Shown: positions 27,439 through 36,905, numbered from the stretch's first letter. The stretch is DNA of 64,000 nucleotides from Acidimicrobiales bacterium (GCA_046594195.1 JBKJPY010000030.1:5839-69838); one strand, 5' to 3'. The notes: a model not told the origin generated them from the letters alone. Translations and numbers: made by a program.

Positions 27439-28725
27439 ATGAGCACCGGAGAACTGACCATCGGCAACGCCGAGTTCTGGCGCCGGCCCTTGCAGGAACG
27501 GATGGACGACTTCGCCGCCATGCGGGCCGAGTCGCCCTTCACCCGGTCGACGATCCCGAACCTCATGACCAACGAGGTGGACGAGTTCTTCGCCGTTACG
27601 GCCTACGCGGAACTGGTCGAGATCAGCCGCCACCCCCAGGACTTCTGCTCGGGCAAGGGCTCGGTGAACATCTCCGACATGCCGACCGAGGCGCTCGAGT
27701 TCTTCGGCTCATTCATCGCCATGGATGATCCGAAGCACGCCCGCCAGCGCGCCATCGTGGCCCGGTCGTTCACGCCGCGGAAGCTCCAGGGCGTCCTTGA
27801 CTCGGTCGAGACGATCTGCACCGAGGTCATCGACGACATGTGCGAACAGGGCGAGGTCGACCTGGTCGAGGCCCTCTCCCAGCCGTTCCCGCTCTTGGTC
27901 ATCTGCGACATGATGGGCATCCCGCGTAGCGAGTTCGACACCGTCTTGCGGGCCACGAACGTCATCCTCGGCGGTGGCGACCTCGAGATGATGGGCCTCT
28001 CCGGGGACACCGTGGACCCGAACGCGCTCATGGGTGCCTTCTTCAACGCCGGCGTGGAACTGATCGGCCTGATGAACGAGCTGGCAGAGTTCCGGCGCAA
28101 GAACCCCACCGATGACCTGACCTCGGCCTTGGTCCACAACGACCTCGGCGAGGACATGCTCACTCCGGAGGAGATCGGGCCGTTCTTCATCCTGCTCGCC
28201 GTCGCCGGCAACGACACGACCCGCACGGCGCTGAGCCACGGCATGCACCTGCTCTCGCAGAACCCCGACCAGCGCGCGATCTGGCAGGACGACCTCGACG
28301 GCGTCACGCCGACTGCCGTCGACGAGATCGTGCGGGTCGCCTCGCCGGTCACCTTCATGCGCCGCACGGTCACCCACGACCTCACCCTGTCGGGCCACGA
28401 CTTCAAGACGGACGACAAGCTCATCCTCTTCTACGGCGCAGCGAACCGCGACCCGCTCGTGTTCGAGGATCCCGACCGCTTCGATGTCCGCCGTGACCCC
28501 AACCCCCACGTGGGCTTCGGCGGCCCAGGCCCCCACTTCTGCCTCGGCGCCCACCTCGCCCGCCGGGAGCTGTCCGTCGCGTTCCGTCAGCTCCTCACCC
28601 GGCTCCCCGACATCGAGCTGACCGGCGAGCCCGTCCTGCTCAATGCCCTCGGGGTCCCGCTCGTGGGCGGCATCAAGCACCTCCCGGTGCGCTTCACCCC
28701 CACTGCCCGGGTCGGCGCTGCCTGA
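27439..28725 (+). CDS. Cytochrome P450, CYP124-like (methyl-branched lipid/steroid omega-hydroxylase family)
   Basis: FGS.IAMDDPKH.R.R.IV.R.FTP, FFILL.VAGNDTTR, EIVR.ASPV..MRRT, and the heme motif GFGGPGPHFCLG. Confidence 0.92.
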   Translation: MSTGELTIGNAEFWRRPLQERMDDFAAMRAESPFTRSTIPNLMTNEVDEFFAVTAYAELVEISRHPQDFCSGKGSVNISDMPTEALEFFGSFIAMDDPKHARQRAIVARSFTPRKLQGVLDSVETICTEVIDDMCEQGEVDLVEALSQPFPLLVICDMMGIPRSEFDTVLRATNVILGGGDLEMMGLSGDTVDPNALMGAFFNAGVELIGLMNELAEFRRKNPTDDLTSALVHNDLGEDMLTPEEIGPFFILLAVAGNDTTRTALSHGMHLLSQNPDQRAIWQDDLDGVTPTAVDEIVRVASPVTFMRRTVTHDLTLSGHDFKTDDKLILFYGAANRDPLVFEDPDRFDVRRDPNPHVGFGGPGPHFCLGAHLARRELSVAFRQLLTRLPDIELTGEPVLLNALGVPLVGGIKHLPVRFTPTARVGAA

Positions 28726-28785
28726 TCTGACCCCCGGCTGGAGCGACCGAGTGTCCCGGCCGTCGAGAACGGGTAGCCATGGGTC

Positions 28786-29622
28786 ATGGCCGACCGCTCG
28801 TCCCAGACCGTCCTCACCACCGGCGCCAACTCCGGCATCGGACTGGCCACCGTGCTGGAGGTGGCCCGGCGGGGCTTCCACTCCGTGGGCTCGGTGCGCT
28901 CCGACGCCAAGGCTGCAGTCGTCGATGCGGCGGCGCGGGATGCCGGAGTGGAGGTGGAGACCGTGCTGCTCGACGTCACCGACCCCGTCGCCTGCGAGCG
29001 GGTGATCGACGGGCTGCCTCCGCTCTTCGGCCTCGTGAACAACGCCGGCTACGCCCTGACCGGGGCGATCGAGGACGTGGGGGACGACGAGGCCCGCCAG
29101 TTGTTCGAGACGATGGTCCACGCACCGATGCGCCTCGCTCGCCTTGCCCTGCCTGGCCTGCGGGAGCACGGCGGGGGCCGGATCGTCAACGTCTCGTCCA
29201 TCGCCGGGCTCACCACTGCGCCGTTCGCCGGCCACTACACGGGGGCCAAGCACGCCCTCGAGGCGCTCTCGGATGCCCTGCGGATGGAGGTCGCCGGGGA
29301 CGGGGTGCGGGTCGTGCTCATCGAGCCCGGCGGGTTCAAGACGGGCATCTGGGAGGAGTTCGAGCGCGACATCGACCGACGAGAGGTCGAGGGCACCCGC
29401 CACGGCGACTCGTATCGCCGCTCGCTCCAGGCCCAGCGGCTCATGGAGCCCATCATGGGGAGCCCCGAGAGCTGCGCCAAGGTGATCGCCGGGGCGCTCA
29501 CGACCTCGGTTCCCCGGGCTCGCTACCTCGTCGGCATCGACGCCCAGGCGATCCTGTTGGCCCAACGTCTGACGCCCGCCTTCGTCAAAGATCGCGTGGT
29601 GCGCTTCACGCTGGGTCTGTAG
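28786..29622 (+). CDS. Short-chain dehydrogenase/reductase
   Basis: TGANSGIG, NNAG, NVSS, and YTGAK. Confidence 0.92.
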   Translation: MADRSSQTVLTTGANSGIGLATVLEVARRGFHSVGSVRSDAKAAVVDAAARDAGVEVETVLLDVTDPVACERVIDGLPPLFGLVNNAGYALTGAIEDVGDDEARQLFETMVHAPMRLARLALPGLREHGGGRIVNVSSIAGLTTAPFAGHYTGAKHALEALSDALRMEVAGDGVRVVLIEPGGFKTGIWEEFERDIDRREVEGTRHGDSYRRSLQAQRLMEPIMGSPESCAKVIAGALTTSVPRARYLVGIDAQAILLAQRLTPAFVKDRVVRFTLGL

Positions 29623-29634
29623 CACCTGCCCCGA

Positions 29635-30480
29635 TCAGGCCTTGCGAACGAGCTCCACGCTGACCTCGAGCTCCTGGTCGGCGCGACCGGCATAGATGCC
29701 CCGGAAGGGGGCCACATCGTGGTAGTCCCGGCCGGCGGCGACGCGGATGTGGCGCTCCTCGACCGGGTTCAGGCTGGTGGGGTCCAGTGGCCAGACCGTG
29801 CCCGTGAACGCCGCGACCCACGCGTGGCTCTCCCCGATGATGGCCTCGTCGATGGCCGCCTTCGGGTTGGGGTGCAGGTAGCCCGAGACGTACCACGAGG
29901 GGATGCCCATCGCCCGCAGCAGTGCGAGCGACACGTGGGCGAAGTCCTGGCAGACGCCGGACCCCGCGACGAGGACCTCGGGGGTCGTCGTGCGCACGCC
30001 CGTGCTGCCCTTCCGGTACTCCAGCCGCTCGTGGACCCACGCGACTGCGGCCTGCGCGGCGGCTGCAGGCGTGTCGTGCGCGGCGGCCAGGCCGGCAGCC
30101 ACCTCGGCCAGCTCGCCGTCCCACGTGACGGTGTCGGTGGGGACCAGCAGCTCCTCGAACTGGTCGCGGATGTCCGGATCGGCGAGTTCGGCCCACGAGG
30201 CGTCGCCGACCTGGGCCAGCTCGGTGGCCGTCTCCACCGTCGCCCGACCGATGACCGTCAGCGCCTGGTGCGGCACCTGCACGTCGAAGTGGTGAACCAC
30301 CGAGCCCCAGTAGTCGACGTGGCGGACGACCCGGGTGGACGGCTCCACCTCGACCCGGCTCGCCAGCACCGCCTGGTGCCGGTCGCTGCGGGGCTCGAGC
30401 CGCGCTTCGTTGTAGGACTGCGCCACGGGAGCGGAGTACCGGTACTTCGTCGTGTGCGTCACCTGCAGCCGCCACGTCAT
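29635..30480 (-). CDS. Transglutaminase-like protein with N-terminal domain
   Basis: V.HTT.Y.Y, the catalytic Cys in GVCQDFAH, SHAW, DPT, and GRDY.DV.P. Confidence 0.92.
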   Translation of the reverse strand: MTWRLQVTHTTKYRYSAPVAQSYNEARLEPRSDRHQAVLASRVEVEPSTRVVRHVDYWGSVVHHFDVQVPHQALTVIGRATVETATELAQVGDASWAELADPDIRDQFEELLVPTDTVTWDGELAEVAAGLAAAHDTPAAAAQAAVAWVHERLEYRKGSTGVRTTTPEVLVAGSGVCQDFAHVSLALLRAMGIPSWYVSGYLHPNPKAAIDEAIIGESHAWVAAFTGTVWPLDPTSLNPVEERHIRVAAGRDYHDVAPFRGIYAGRADQELEVSVELVRKA

Positions 30481-30482
30481 CG

Positions 30483-30678
30483 GATCATCCTCATGCTGGC
30501 GATCATCCTCATGCCGGGCGGTCCACGTTCCACTTCGTCGCCGTGCGTGCGCACGCCGTCGACCACGTTCCCGACGCGACACGGCTGTACGGCCCCGTGC
30601 TGGTTGCGAGTGGAACGTGGCCCGCCTGATGTGTGGGGTTCGCTTTCATCCTCATGCCGGGCGGTCCACGTTCCACTC
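30483..30678. repeat. Complex direct, inverted and tandem repeat structure between alpha-E and the transglutaminase
   Basis: 32-bp direct repeat (30503-30534 = 30646-30677), an inverted copy 30608-30626 (18/19), and a tandem GATCATCCTCATGC at 30483 and 30501. Confidence 0.85.
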
Positions 30679-31626
30679 GATGAACGCGGCGCGCTGGAAG
30701 TAACGCTGGGTGACGAGCTCGCTGGCGTGGGCGCAGGCGGCCTGGAGGCGCATGACCGTGCCGTTCAGGTCGGCGGCGAGGGCGGCCGGTTCCGTGTAGG
30801 CCAGCTCGCTTCGGATGCGCCCGACCTCTCGGGCCGCCGCGCTGGTGCGGGGTTGGGCCTGGCGGCGACCGCTGGGGCCCGTGGACCCGTCGACCTGCTC
30901 CAGGCACATCTCGGCTTGGGCGAGGGCGTAGTTGACCGACCGGGGGAAGTCCGGGTCGAGCAACAAGATGCTGAGGGCCTTGGCTTGGTCGATGTCGCCC
31001 CCGTAGGTGCGCAAGAAGGCGTCGTTGGCCCCGCACGACACCAGCACGCCGCTCCAGCGAGACGCATCGGCGGTTGCCGGCACCGCTCCGAGCAGCCGGG
31101 CGGTCATGTCGACCCGCTCGAGACACCGCCCGATGGTGAGAAACCGCCAGCCGTCGTCGTGCAGCAGCACCGTGTCGGTCAGACCGCCGACGAGCGCGAC
31201 GCGGTCGCGCACCCACTGGAACAGCAGGTGTGGACCGAGGGTCCGAGCGGCTCGCACGTGGTTGTCGAGCTCGTGGTAGGTCCGGTTGAGCGATTCCCAG
31301 ACCTCGGTGGCCAAGATCTCGCGCAGGCCGCGGGCGTTCTCGCGAGCCAGGCGCAGCGATCCCACGACCGAACTGGGGTTGTCGGCGTCGTAGGCCAGCA
31401 TCTCGGTCGCCTGCCAGAGATCGATGGGTCCATCGGTCGAGTCGCCGATGCGGGCCAGCTCGGACGGATCCAGGCCCATGGCCGCAAGGAGCGACGCCCC
31501 CACGCGATCGTCGTTGACCTGCACCACCATGCGGTGGACGTACACGTCCAGCAGGCGGGCGGTGTCATCGGCCCGCTCGAGGTAGCGGCCCATCCAGTAC
31601 AGGGCTTCGGCGATGCGGCTCAGCAT
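30652..31626 (-). CDS. Alpha-E domain protein (DUF403)
   Basis: MLSRIAE.LYWMGRYLERAD.TARLLD, RENAR..RE....EVWE.LN, GR.LER.DMTAR, and FPRSV. Confidence 0.92.
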   Translation of the reverse strand: MLSRIAEALYWMGRYLERADDTARLLDVYVHRMVVQVNDDRVGASLLAAMGLDPSELARIGDSTDGPIDLWQATEMLAYDADNPSSVVGSLRLARENARGLREILATEVWESLNRTYHELDNHVRAARTLGPHLLFQWVRDRVALVGGLTDTVLLHDDGWRFLTIGRCLERVDMTARLLGAVPATADASRWSGVLVSCGANDAFLRTYGGDIDQAKALSILLLDPDFPRSVNYALAQAEMCLEQVDGSTGPSGRRQAQPRTSAAAREVGRIRSELAYTEPAALAADLNGTVMRLQAACAHASELVTQRYFQRAAFIEWNVDRPA

Positions 31627-33236
31627 GGGAATCCGTCCTCCGGCTCGTCCACCCTCGACACGGCTTGCTGCTGCTGCAACTGCTGCTGGTGGTGGCGCTC
31701 GTGGTCATCGGCTGGGCCGAACTGCAGCGGGACCGGCACCGACGGCCGCGCCGCCATGGGCACCGGCGCCGGGAGGTCCAGGCCGAAATCGGCATCGGCG
31801 TCGGCGAGCACCCAGGTGTCCTTGGACCCACCGCCCTGGCTGGAGTTCACCACGAGGCTGTTCTCGGTGAGCGCCACCCGGGTGAGGCCGCCGGGCAGGA
31901 CCCAGACCTTCTCGCCGTCGTTCACCGCGAACGGCCGCAGGTCGAGGTGCCGGGGCCGCAGGCGTCCATCGACGAGGGTGGGTCCCGTCGACAGCGACAC
32001 CACCGGCTGCGCGATGTAGCCGCGAGGGTCGGCGAGCACGTTCTGGCGGCAGCTCTCGATCTCCTCGTCGGAGGCGTCGGGGCCGAAGACCAGGCCGTAG
32101 CCACCGGATGCGTCGACGGGCTTGACGACCATCTGGTCGATGCGGTCGAGCACGAACGCTCGCTGGTCCTCGTCCTCGAGGCGGTACGTTTCAACGTTGC
32201 GCAGCAGCGGCGGTTCGCCCAGGTAGTACTCGATGAGCTCGGGCACGTAGGTGTACGTGAGCTTGTCGTCGGCGACGCCGTTGCCCACCGCGTTGGCGAT
32301 GGTCAGGTTGCCCGCACGAGCGGAGTGGACCAGCCCGGCGCAGCCGAGCACCGAGTCGGGACGGAACTGGACCGGATCGAGGAACTCGTCGTCGATGCGG
32401 CGATAGATCACGTCGACGCGCTCGTCGCCGGTGGTGGTGCGCACGTACGTGACGTCGTCGCGGCAGACGAGGTCGCGGCCTTCGACCAGGTCCACGCCCA
32501 TGAGCCGGGCGAGCAGCGCGTGCTCGAAGTAGGCCGAGTTGTGCACGCCCGGCGTCAGTACCACGATGCGAGGATCGGCCGCTCGGACGGGTGCCGTGGA
32601 GCGCAGGCCCCGGAGCAGGTGACGTGGGTAGTCGTCGACCGGCGCGACGGCATGCATGCCGAAGAGGTCCGGAAACACCCGAGCCATGACCCGGCGGTTC
32701 TCCATCACGTAGGACACGCCGGACGGACTCCGCAGGTTGTCCTCCAGCACCCGGAACTCGCCGTGGTCGTCGCGGATCACGTCGACGCCGGACACGTGGA
32801 TGCGCACGCCGCCAGCGGGTTCCATGCCGTGGACCTGGCGGTGGAAGTGGGGCGATGAGTGCACCAACTTGCGGGGAACGACCTTGTCGGCGAACACCTC
32901 GCCGGGCCCGTACACGTCGGCGAGGAACGCCTCGAGCGCCCGCACCCGCTGGCGGATGCCGGCCTCGAGGCGCCGCCACTCGTCCGCTGACAGCACCCGC
33001 GGGACGAGGTCGAGTGGGAAGGGCCGCTCCTGGCCCGACAGCGCGAAGGTGACGCCGCGGTCCCGGTAGGCCCGGCTGAGGCCGTCGGCACGCACCGCCA
33101 AGTCGGCGGTCGACTGGGGCTCCAGAGTCTCGTGGACGCCCCGATAGGTGTCGCGGACGCGTCCGTACCGGTCGAACATCTCGTCGTACGTGCGCCGGAT
33201 CGAACCTGCGTCGTAATCGTCGAAGAGGTCGCTCAC
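31620..33236 (-). CDS. Circularly permuted type 2 ATP-grasp protein
   Basis: RPFPLDLVPR, VLEDNLR.PSGVSY..ENR, TPG.HNSAYFEH, IYRRIDD.FLDP, and VVNSSQGGGSKDTWV. Confidence 0.93.
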   Translation of the reverse strand: MSDLFDDYDAGSIRRTYDEMFDRYGRVRDTYRGVHETLEPQSTADLAVRADGLSRAYRDRGVTFALSGQERPFPLDLVPRVLSADEWRRLEAGIRQRVRALEAFLADVYGPGEVFADKVVPRKLVHSSPHFHRQVHGMEPAGGVRIHVSGVDVIRDDHGEFRVLEDNLRSPSGVSYVMENRRVMARVFPDLFGMHAVAPVDDYPRHLLRGLRSTAPVRAADPRIVVLTPGVHNSAYFEHALLARLMGVDLVEGRDLVCRDDVTYVRTTTGDERVDVIYRRIDDEFLDPVQFRPDSVLGCAGLVHSARAGNLTIANAVGNGVADDKLTYTYVPELIEYYLGEPPLLRNVETYRLEDEDQRAFVLDRIDQMVVKPVDASGGYGLVFGPDASDEEIESCRQNVLADPRGYIAQPVVSLSTGPTLVDGRLRPRHLDLRPFAVNDGEKVWVLPGGLTRVALTENSLVVNSSQGGGSKDTWVLADADADFGLDLPAPVPMAARPSVPVPLQFGPADDHERHHQQQLQQQQAVSRVDEPEDGFPC

Positions 33237-33328
33237 GTGGCCGAGCCTGGCCGCGAAGCGTTTCCCGATCGTGTGGTCATGGTGAACGGTACGTGAACCA
33301 GCCGACGGCTGTCACCAGCCGTCGGGAA

Positions 33329-33790
33329 TCAACCGGCGACCGGCTCCATCCGCACGTCACGGGCCATGCGGCGAGCGGTGAGGCCCCCGAAGACAGCCAT
33401 CCACAGGAGCACCCCGTAGACGACGTAGCTCGGGAGCTGGCCGGCGGACCGCAGGACGTAGAGGTACGGCGCCAAGAACGACACGAGGACCATCCCGATC
33501 CACGGCATGGCCTGGCGCAGGGGTCGGGTCTCGTCGCGCAGGAGCTTGACGCCCATGGCCTGGCCGACGCCGTAGAACGGTGCCGTGCCGACGTCGAGCA
33601 CGAGGAACCACCAGGGGTTGATGCCGTGCTCGCCGAGCATCGGCCACACCACGATGGCCCGAGCGACGCACAGGACCACCACGGTCAGGGTCCACATCTG
33701 GCCCAAGGTCCCGAGATCACGGAGCTCCGACAACCAGCCGGGGCATTCTTCGCTGTCGATGGCGACGGCGGGCTCGTAGATGTCGGTCAC
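33329..33790 (-). CDS. Hypothetical membrane protein
   Basis: GTG start, about four hydrophobic helices, and coding-like codon usage. Confidence 0.6.
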   Translation of the reverse strand: MTDIYEPAVAIDSEECPGWLSELRDLGTLGQMWTLTVVVLCVARAIVVWPMLGEHGINPWWFLVLDVGTAPFYGVGQAMGVKLLRDETRPLRQAMPWIGMVLVSFLAPYLYVLRSAGQLPSYVVYGVLLWMAVFGGLTARRMARDVRMEPVAG

Positions 33791-33897
33791 GCGTGCTCCA
33801 GGTCGGGGTGAAGGACCGACGTTACCCCGGCCACTGACAAAGGTATCGGCACCCCCCGCTCGACCTTGAATCCTGTTGTTCGCTCTCTGCGCTGGAC

Positions 33898-34650
33898 TCA
33901 CCGCGACCGGTGGCGTTCGCGGTCGAGCCAGCCCAACAGGATGGCGACCGCACGAGGGTCGTTGCGCAGGTCGTGGGCGGCGCCGCTGATGATGCGCAGC
34001 TCGGCCTCCCCGTGCCCGTCGCCGAGGACCCGCGCGTCGAACAACGGAACCGACTCGTCTTCGGAGCCGTGCAGGACGAGCAGGGGGCGGGGTGCGACGT
34101 CGGCGGCGTCGTCGGTCGGCTTGATCTCGTGCAGGCCTCGAGCCCAGCTGTCGATCGAGGGCGGGAAGTCTGCGTGGTGGATGGCCCCGATGTCCCGGGC
34201 GTGCTGGAGGAGCCGCCGGGGGTGGCTGGCCCAGTCGCGGAAGTCGGCGGGTGCGCCGAGGGCGGCAACCCCGCACACCTCGGGTCGGCGAGCAGCCCCG
34301 GCGATGCAGAGCGCACCGCCCGTGCCGAAGCCCGCGAGCCACACCCCCCGGGTGTCCCCCATGGAGAGGAGGTGGTCGACCACGGCCAGGACGTCGTCGA
34401 GCCAGCCCCCGAGCGAGAAGTCACCGGTGGAGGCGCCGCAACCCCGGAACGCGAACGTGACCACCCGCCAGCCCTCGTTGGCGATGCGGTCCGCCAGCTC
34501 CGGGTAGGACCGGTTGGTGTCGGCGGCGCCGAGTGCGGACGACGGATAGCCGTGGCACAGCACGAGCGTCGGTGGCGACGCGTCGGCCACGGGTGGGTTC
34601 GCCAGGTACGCAGCCAGCCGCGCGGCTCCGGAGAGGACCTCGAGCTCCAC
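33898..34650 (-). CDS. Alpha/beta hydrolase-fold protein lacking the canonical nucleophile Ser
   Basis: LCHGYP, FAFRGCGAS.G, nucleophile elbow LAGFGTGG, LHGSEDESVP, and GAAH. Confidence 0.8.
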   Translation of the reverse strand: MELEVLSGAARLAAYLANPPVADASPPTLVLCHGYPSSALGAADTNRSYPELADRIANEGWRVVTFAFRGCGASTGDFSLGGWLDDVLAVVDHLLSMGDTRGVWLAGFGTGGALCIAGAARRPEVCGVAALGAPADFRDWASHPRRLLQHARDIGAIHHADFPPSIDSWARGLHEIKPTDDAADVAPRPLLVLHGSEDESVPLFDARVLGDGHGEAELRIISGAAHDLRNDPRAVAILLGWLDRERHRSR

Positions 34651-34685
34651 CGATCAGCGCCGTTCGCCGACCAGGGGCGTGGCGC

Positions 34686-34898
34686 TCACTCGGCGGCGTC
34701 GGGGGCGATCGCGGTGGCGTGGGGCTTGTAGCCGCGGTTCGCCGCCTCGACCAGGGTGTCGGGTCCGAAGGCCAGGTAGGTCCCCGCCTGCATCAGCTCG
34801 TCGATGAGCTCGGCCGGAGCAGTGTCCAGGTCGTAGACCACCTGCGACCGCTTGTCACCGACGTACTGGAAGTGTTCGAACTTGGTAGGGCGGGCCAT
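34686..34898 (-). CDS. Small hypothetical protein (70 aa)
   Basis: MARPTKFEHFQYVGDKRSQVVYDLD...PDTLVEAANRGY. -10 TACCGT lies 7 nt upstream. Confidence 0.7.
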   Translation of the reverse strand: MARPTKFEHFQYVGDKRSQVVYDLDTAPAELIDELMQAGTYLAFGPDTLVEAANRGYKPHATAIAPDAAE

Positions 34899-34938
34899 GG
34901 CGCCAACGGTACGCGACGCCGACCGACGGCGGGAACTG

Positions 34939-35373
34939 CTACTCGTCGGCCTCGGGACCGATGGCGCCGATGGCCTCGAGGTAGGCGAGGCGCGCATCGA
35001 GCACTGCAACGATGTCCCCGTCGGCGAGATCGCGGCCCGACCCGTCGGCGAGGTCCAAGATCCGCGCCACGGCGGCATCCTCGTCCACGATCTGGCGCTG
35101 CTCCTCGAGCTCGGCAGCAACCTCCACGAGCTGTTCCGCCGTCGCGTCCTCGATCAGGTCCGCATCGGCGAGCAGGATCCAGCGGACGTCGTCGTGGGAG
35201 ATCCGGGCCTGGGTCTCGGCAGGCAGCCGGTCAGCGATGAAGTCGATGGCCTCGGTCATGTCGAACACGGCCGGTCGGACCACGTCGGACAGCCGGGCCG
35301 TCTCCCGCCCCAGCACGACGAGGCCGATGACCACCACGATCAGCAGGCCCAGGGGGAGGAAGATCCACGTCAC
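34939..35373 (-). CDS. Hypothetical protein with N-terminal membrane anchor
   Basis: GTG start 6 nt after -10 TACGGT, an N-terminal TM helix, and an acidic soluble domain. Confidence 0.72.
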   Translation of the reverse strand: MTWIFLPLGLLIVVVIGLVVLGRETARLSDVVRPAVFDMTEAIDFIADRLPAETQARISHDDVRWILLADADLIEDATAEQLVEVAAELEEQRQIVDEDAAVARILDLADGSGRDLADGDIVAVLDARLAYLEAIGAIGPEADE

Positions 35374-35404
35374 GGTCGCACCGTAGCCGTGGCTCCGCCC
35401 GGTA

Positions 35405-36781
35405 CTACTCCGTCAGCGCCGCCTCGGACTGGGCGATGAGCTGCACGGACGGGTCGGCGAAGCCCTCGCCCCGAGCCCGGCGCTGGAGGGCGTACTCCAC
35501 CATGGACGTGTAGATCAGCATGACCTTCGGGCCGTACGTCGGGTCCGTGGCCCACACCGTGGTGAGATCGCCCCAGGTCTTGCAGCATCCGGCCGGGCCG
35601 CGGAGGCGCTTGTCCACCAGCGGGTTGGCGTACTTCGGCTGCTTGACGGCGTATCCCTTGAGCAGCTGGATCTGGGCCCGCACGCCGGCGCGGGGCGATG
35701 GGAAGATGAACCCGAGCGGCGCGTTGTCGTAGTGGCCGATGCCGGAGAAGTTGTTGGCGACGACGCTGTCGGTGTTGGCAAACCCCCCGGTCTCGAGCAC
35801 CGCCTGGGCGAAGGCGATGTCGCCACGGATCCCCTCGGCCCGGCCGTCCTGGATGAACCAGGTGGCGTAGTCGATGATCGGGGTCATGGTGCGCGGCCGG
35901 TAGGGACCCGATTCGAACCAGCCGGCGAGGTCCTCGGCGTTGAGGCGCGGCGTCCCGATCAGGGAGACCCCCTCGGGCACCGGTTGGATCCCGAGGCTCG
36001 CGGCCGAGCGCAGGGCGGCATCGGCGGCTGCGGCTTGCCCTTCGGCTTCGAGGTGGGTCTGCTCGGCTTCGGCGCGCTTGCGAGTCAGATCTGCGGCGAC
36101 GGCCATCACCCGCACCGCCTTGTCCTTCGCCGCGGCCACGACCACCCGGATCGCCTTCAGCTTGCGACGTACGGCGGTGAGGTCGGTGCGTGCCTGCTCG
36201 GTCACGTCCTTCTGCCGGTCGAGCACCTGGTCGAACATGATCTGGCGTCCAGCAGCTGGATCGCTGGTGTCGCCCTCGACGTACGCCCGGTAGTCATCGA
36301 CGTTCGACTCCCCACCCGTCACGTAGGCGCGGACGGTGAGGTCCGAGAGCCGGCGCCGCTCCTTGGACAGCTCGGCGATGGCGGCGGTGCGCACCTTGAT
36401 GGCGGCGGCTTCCTTCCTCTGCGCCGCCTGGAGCGCCAATGCGGCGTCGAGGGCGGCGACGTTGGCCGCATCGGACCGCGAGGTGGCGTCGAGCCGCTCG
36501 AGCGCCAGCTCGGCGGCCCGGGCGTGCGCGTCGACCACGGCCTGGAACGGATCATCGGCCGAGGGCGGCTGGTCCTCGGGGGCCAAGGCGAGCGTGTCGT
36601 CGCGAGCCTCGACGGCCGCCGCGTGCTCGGCCTTGGTCTTGGGGCGATCGAGGTCCTCGTTCCACTGGGCGGCGGCGGGACTCCCGATGAGGCCGAGGAC
36701 GACCGCGCTGGTCGCGACGAGCAGGACGGCGCGACGAGGTGCTCGCCTCGCGGGCGACGGAAGGCAGGGCGCGGGGTACAT
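35405..36781 (-). CDS. Secreted coiled-coil plus glucosaminidase-domain (GH73-like) cell-wall hydrolase; start uncertain
   Basis: Signal peptide, an Ala-rich coiled coil, GIRGDIAFAQAVLETG.F, NNFSGIG, F.S...GVRAQIQLLK.YA, and WATDP.YG. Confidence 0.82.
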   Translation of the reverse strand: MYPAPCLPSPARRAPRRAVLLVATSAVVLGLIGSPAAAQWNEDLDRPKTKAEHAAAVEARDDTLALAPEDQPPSADDPFQAVVDAHARAAELALERLDATSRSDAANVAALDAALALQAAQRKEAAAIKVRTAAIAELSKERRRLSDLTVRAYVTGGESNVDDYRAYVEGDTSDPAAGRQIMFDQVLDRQKDVTEQARTDLTAVRRKLKAIRVVVAAAKDKAVRVMAVAADLTRKRAEAEQTHLEAEGQAAAADAALRSAASLGIQPVPEGVSLIGTPRLNAEDLAGWFESGPYRPRTMTPIIDYATWFIQDGRAEGIRGDIAFAQAVLETGGFANTDSVVANNFSGIGHYDNAPLGFIFPSPRAGVRAQIQLLKGYAVKQPKYANPLVDKRLRGPAGCCKTWGDLTTVWATDPTYGPKVMLIYTSMVEYALQRRARGEGFADPSVQLIAQSEAALTE

Positions 36782-36905
36782 CGCTGGTGCTATCGGCAAC
36801 GTGGTCGACTTCGTGAAGGAGACGGCTTCGCCGGAGGGAAGGAGCCGACCAACGTTACGGGCTCGTGACGCCGACGTCACCCCGCTCCAGGCCCGGGCGC
36901 GCCAC

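Noticed and set aside
26724-28769. SigF/SigB-like promoters (GTCT/GTGT-N16-GGGTA) before the membrane protein and the SDR gene
   Set aside because: The -35 matches are poor and such hits are expected by chance in GC-rich DNA.
30483-30678. CRISPR array interpretation of the 32-bp repeats
   Set aside because: There are only two copies, they derive from a gene end, the spacer is about 111 bp, and no cas genes are present.
31665-31700. CAG/poly-Gln tract at the end of the ATP-grasp gene
   Set aside because: It is a short low-complexity tail (Gln-rich tails are common in this family), with no evidence of phase variation.
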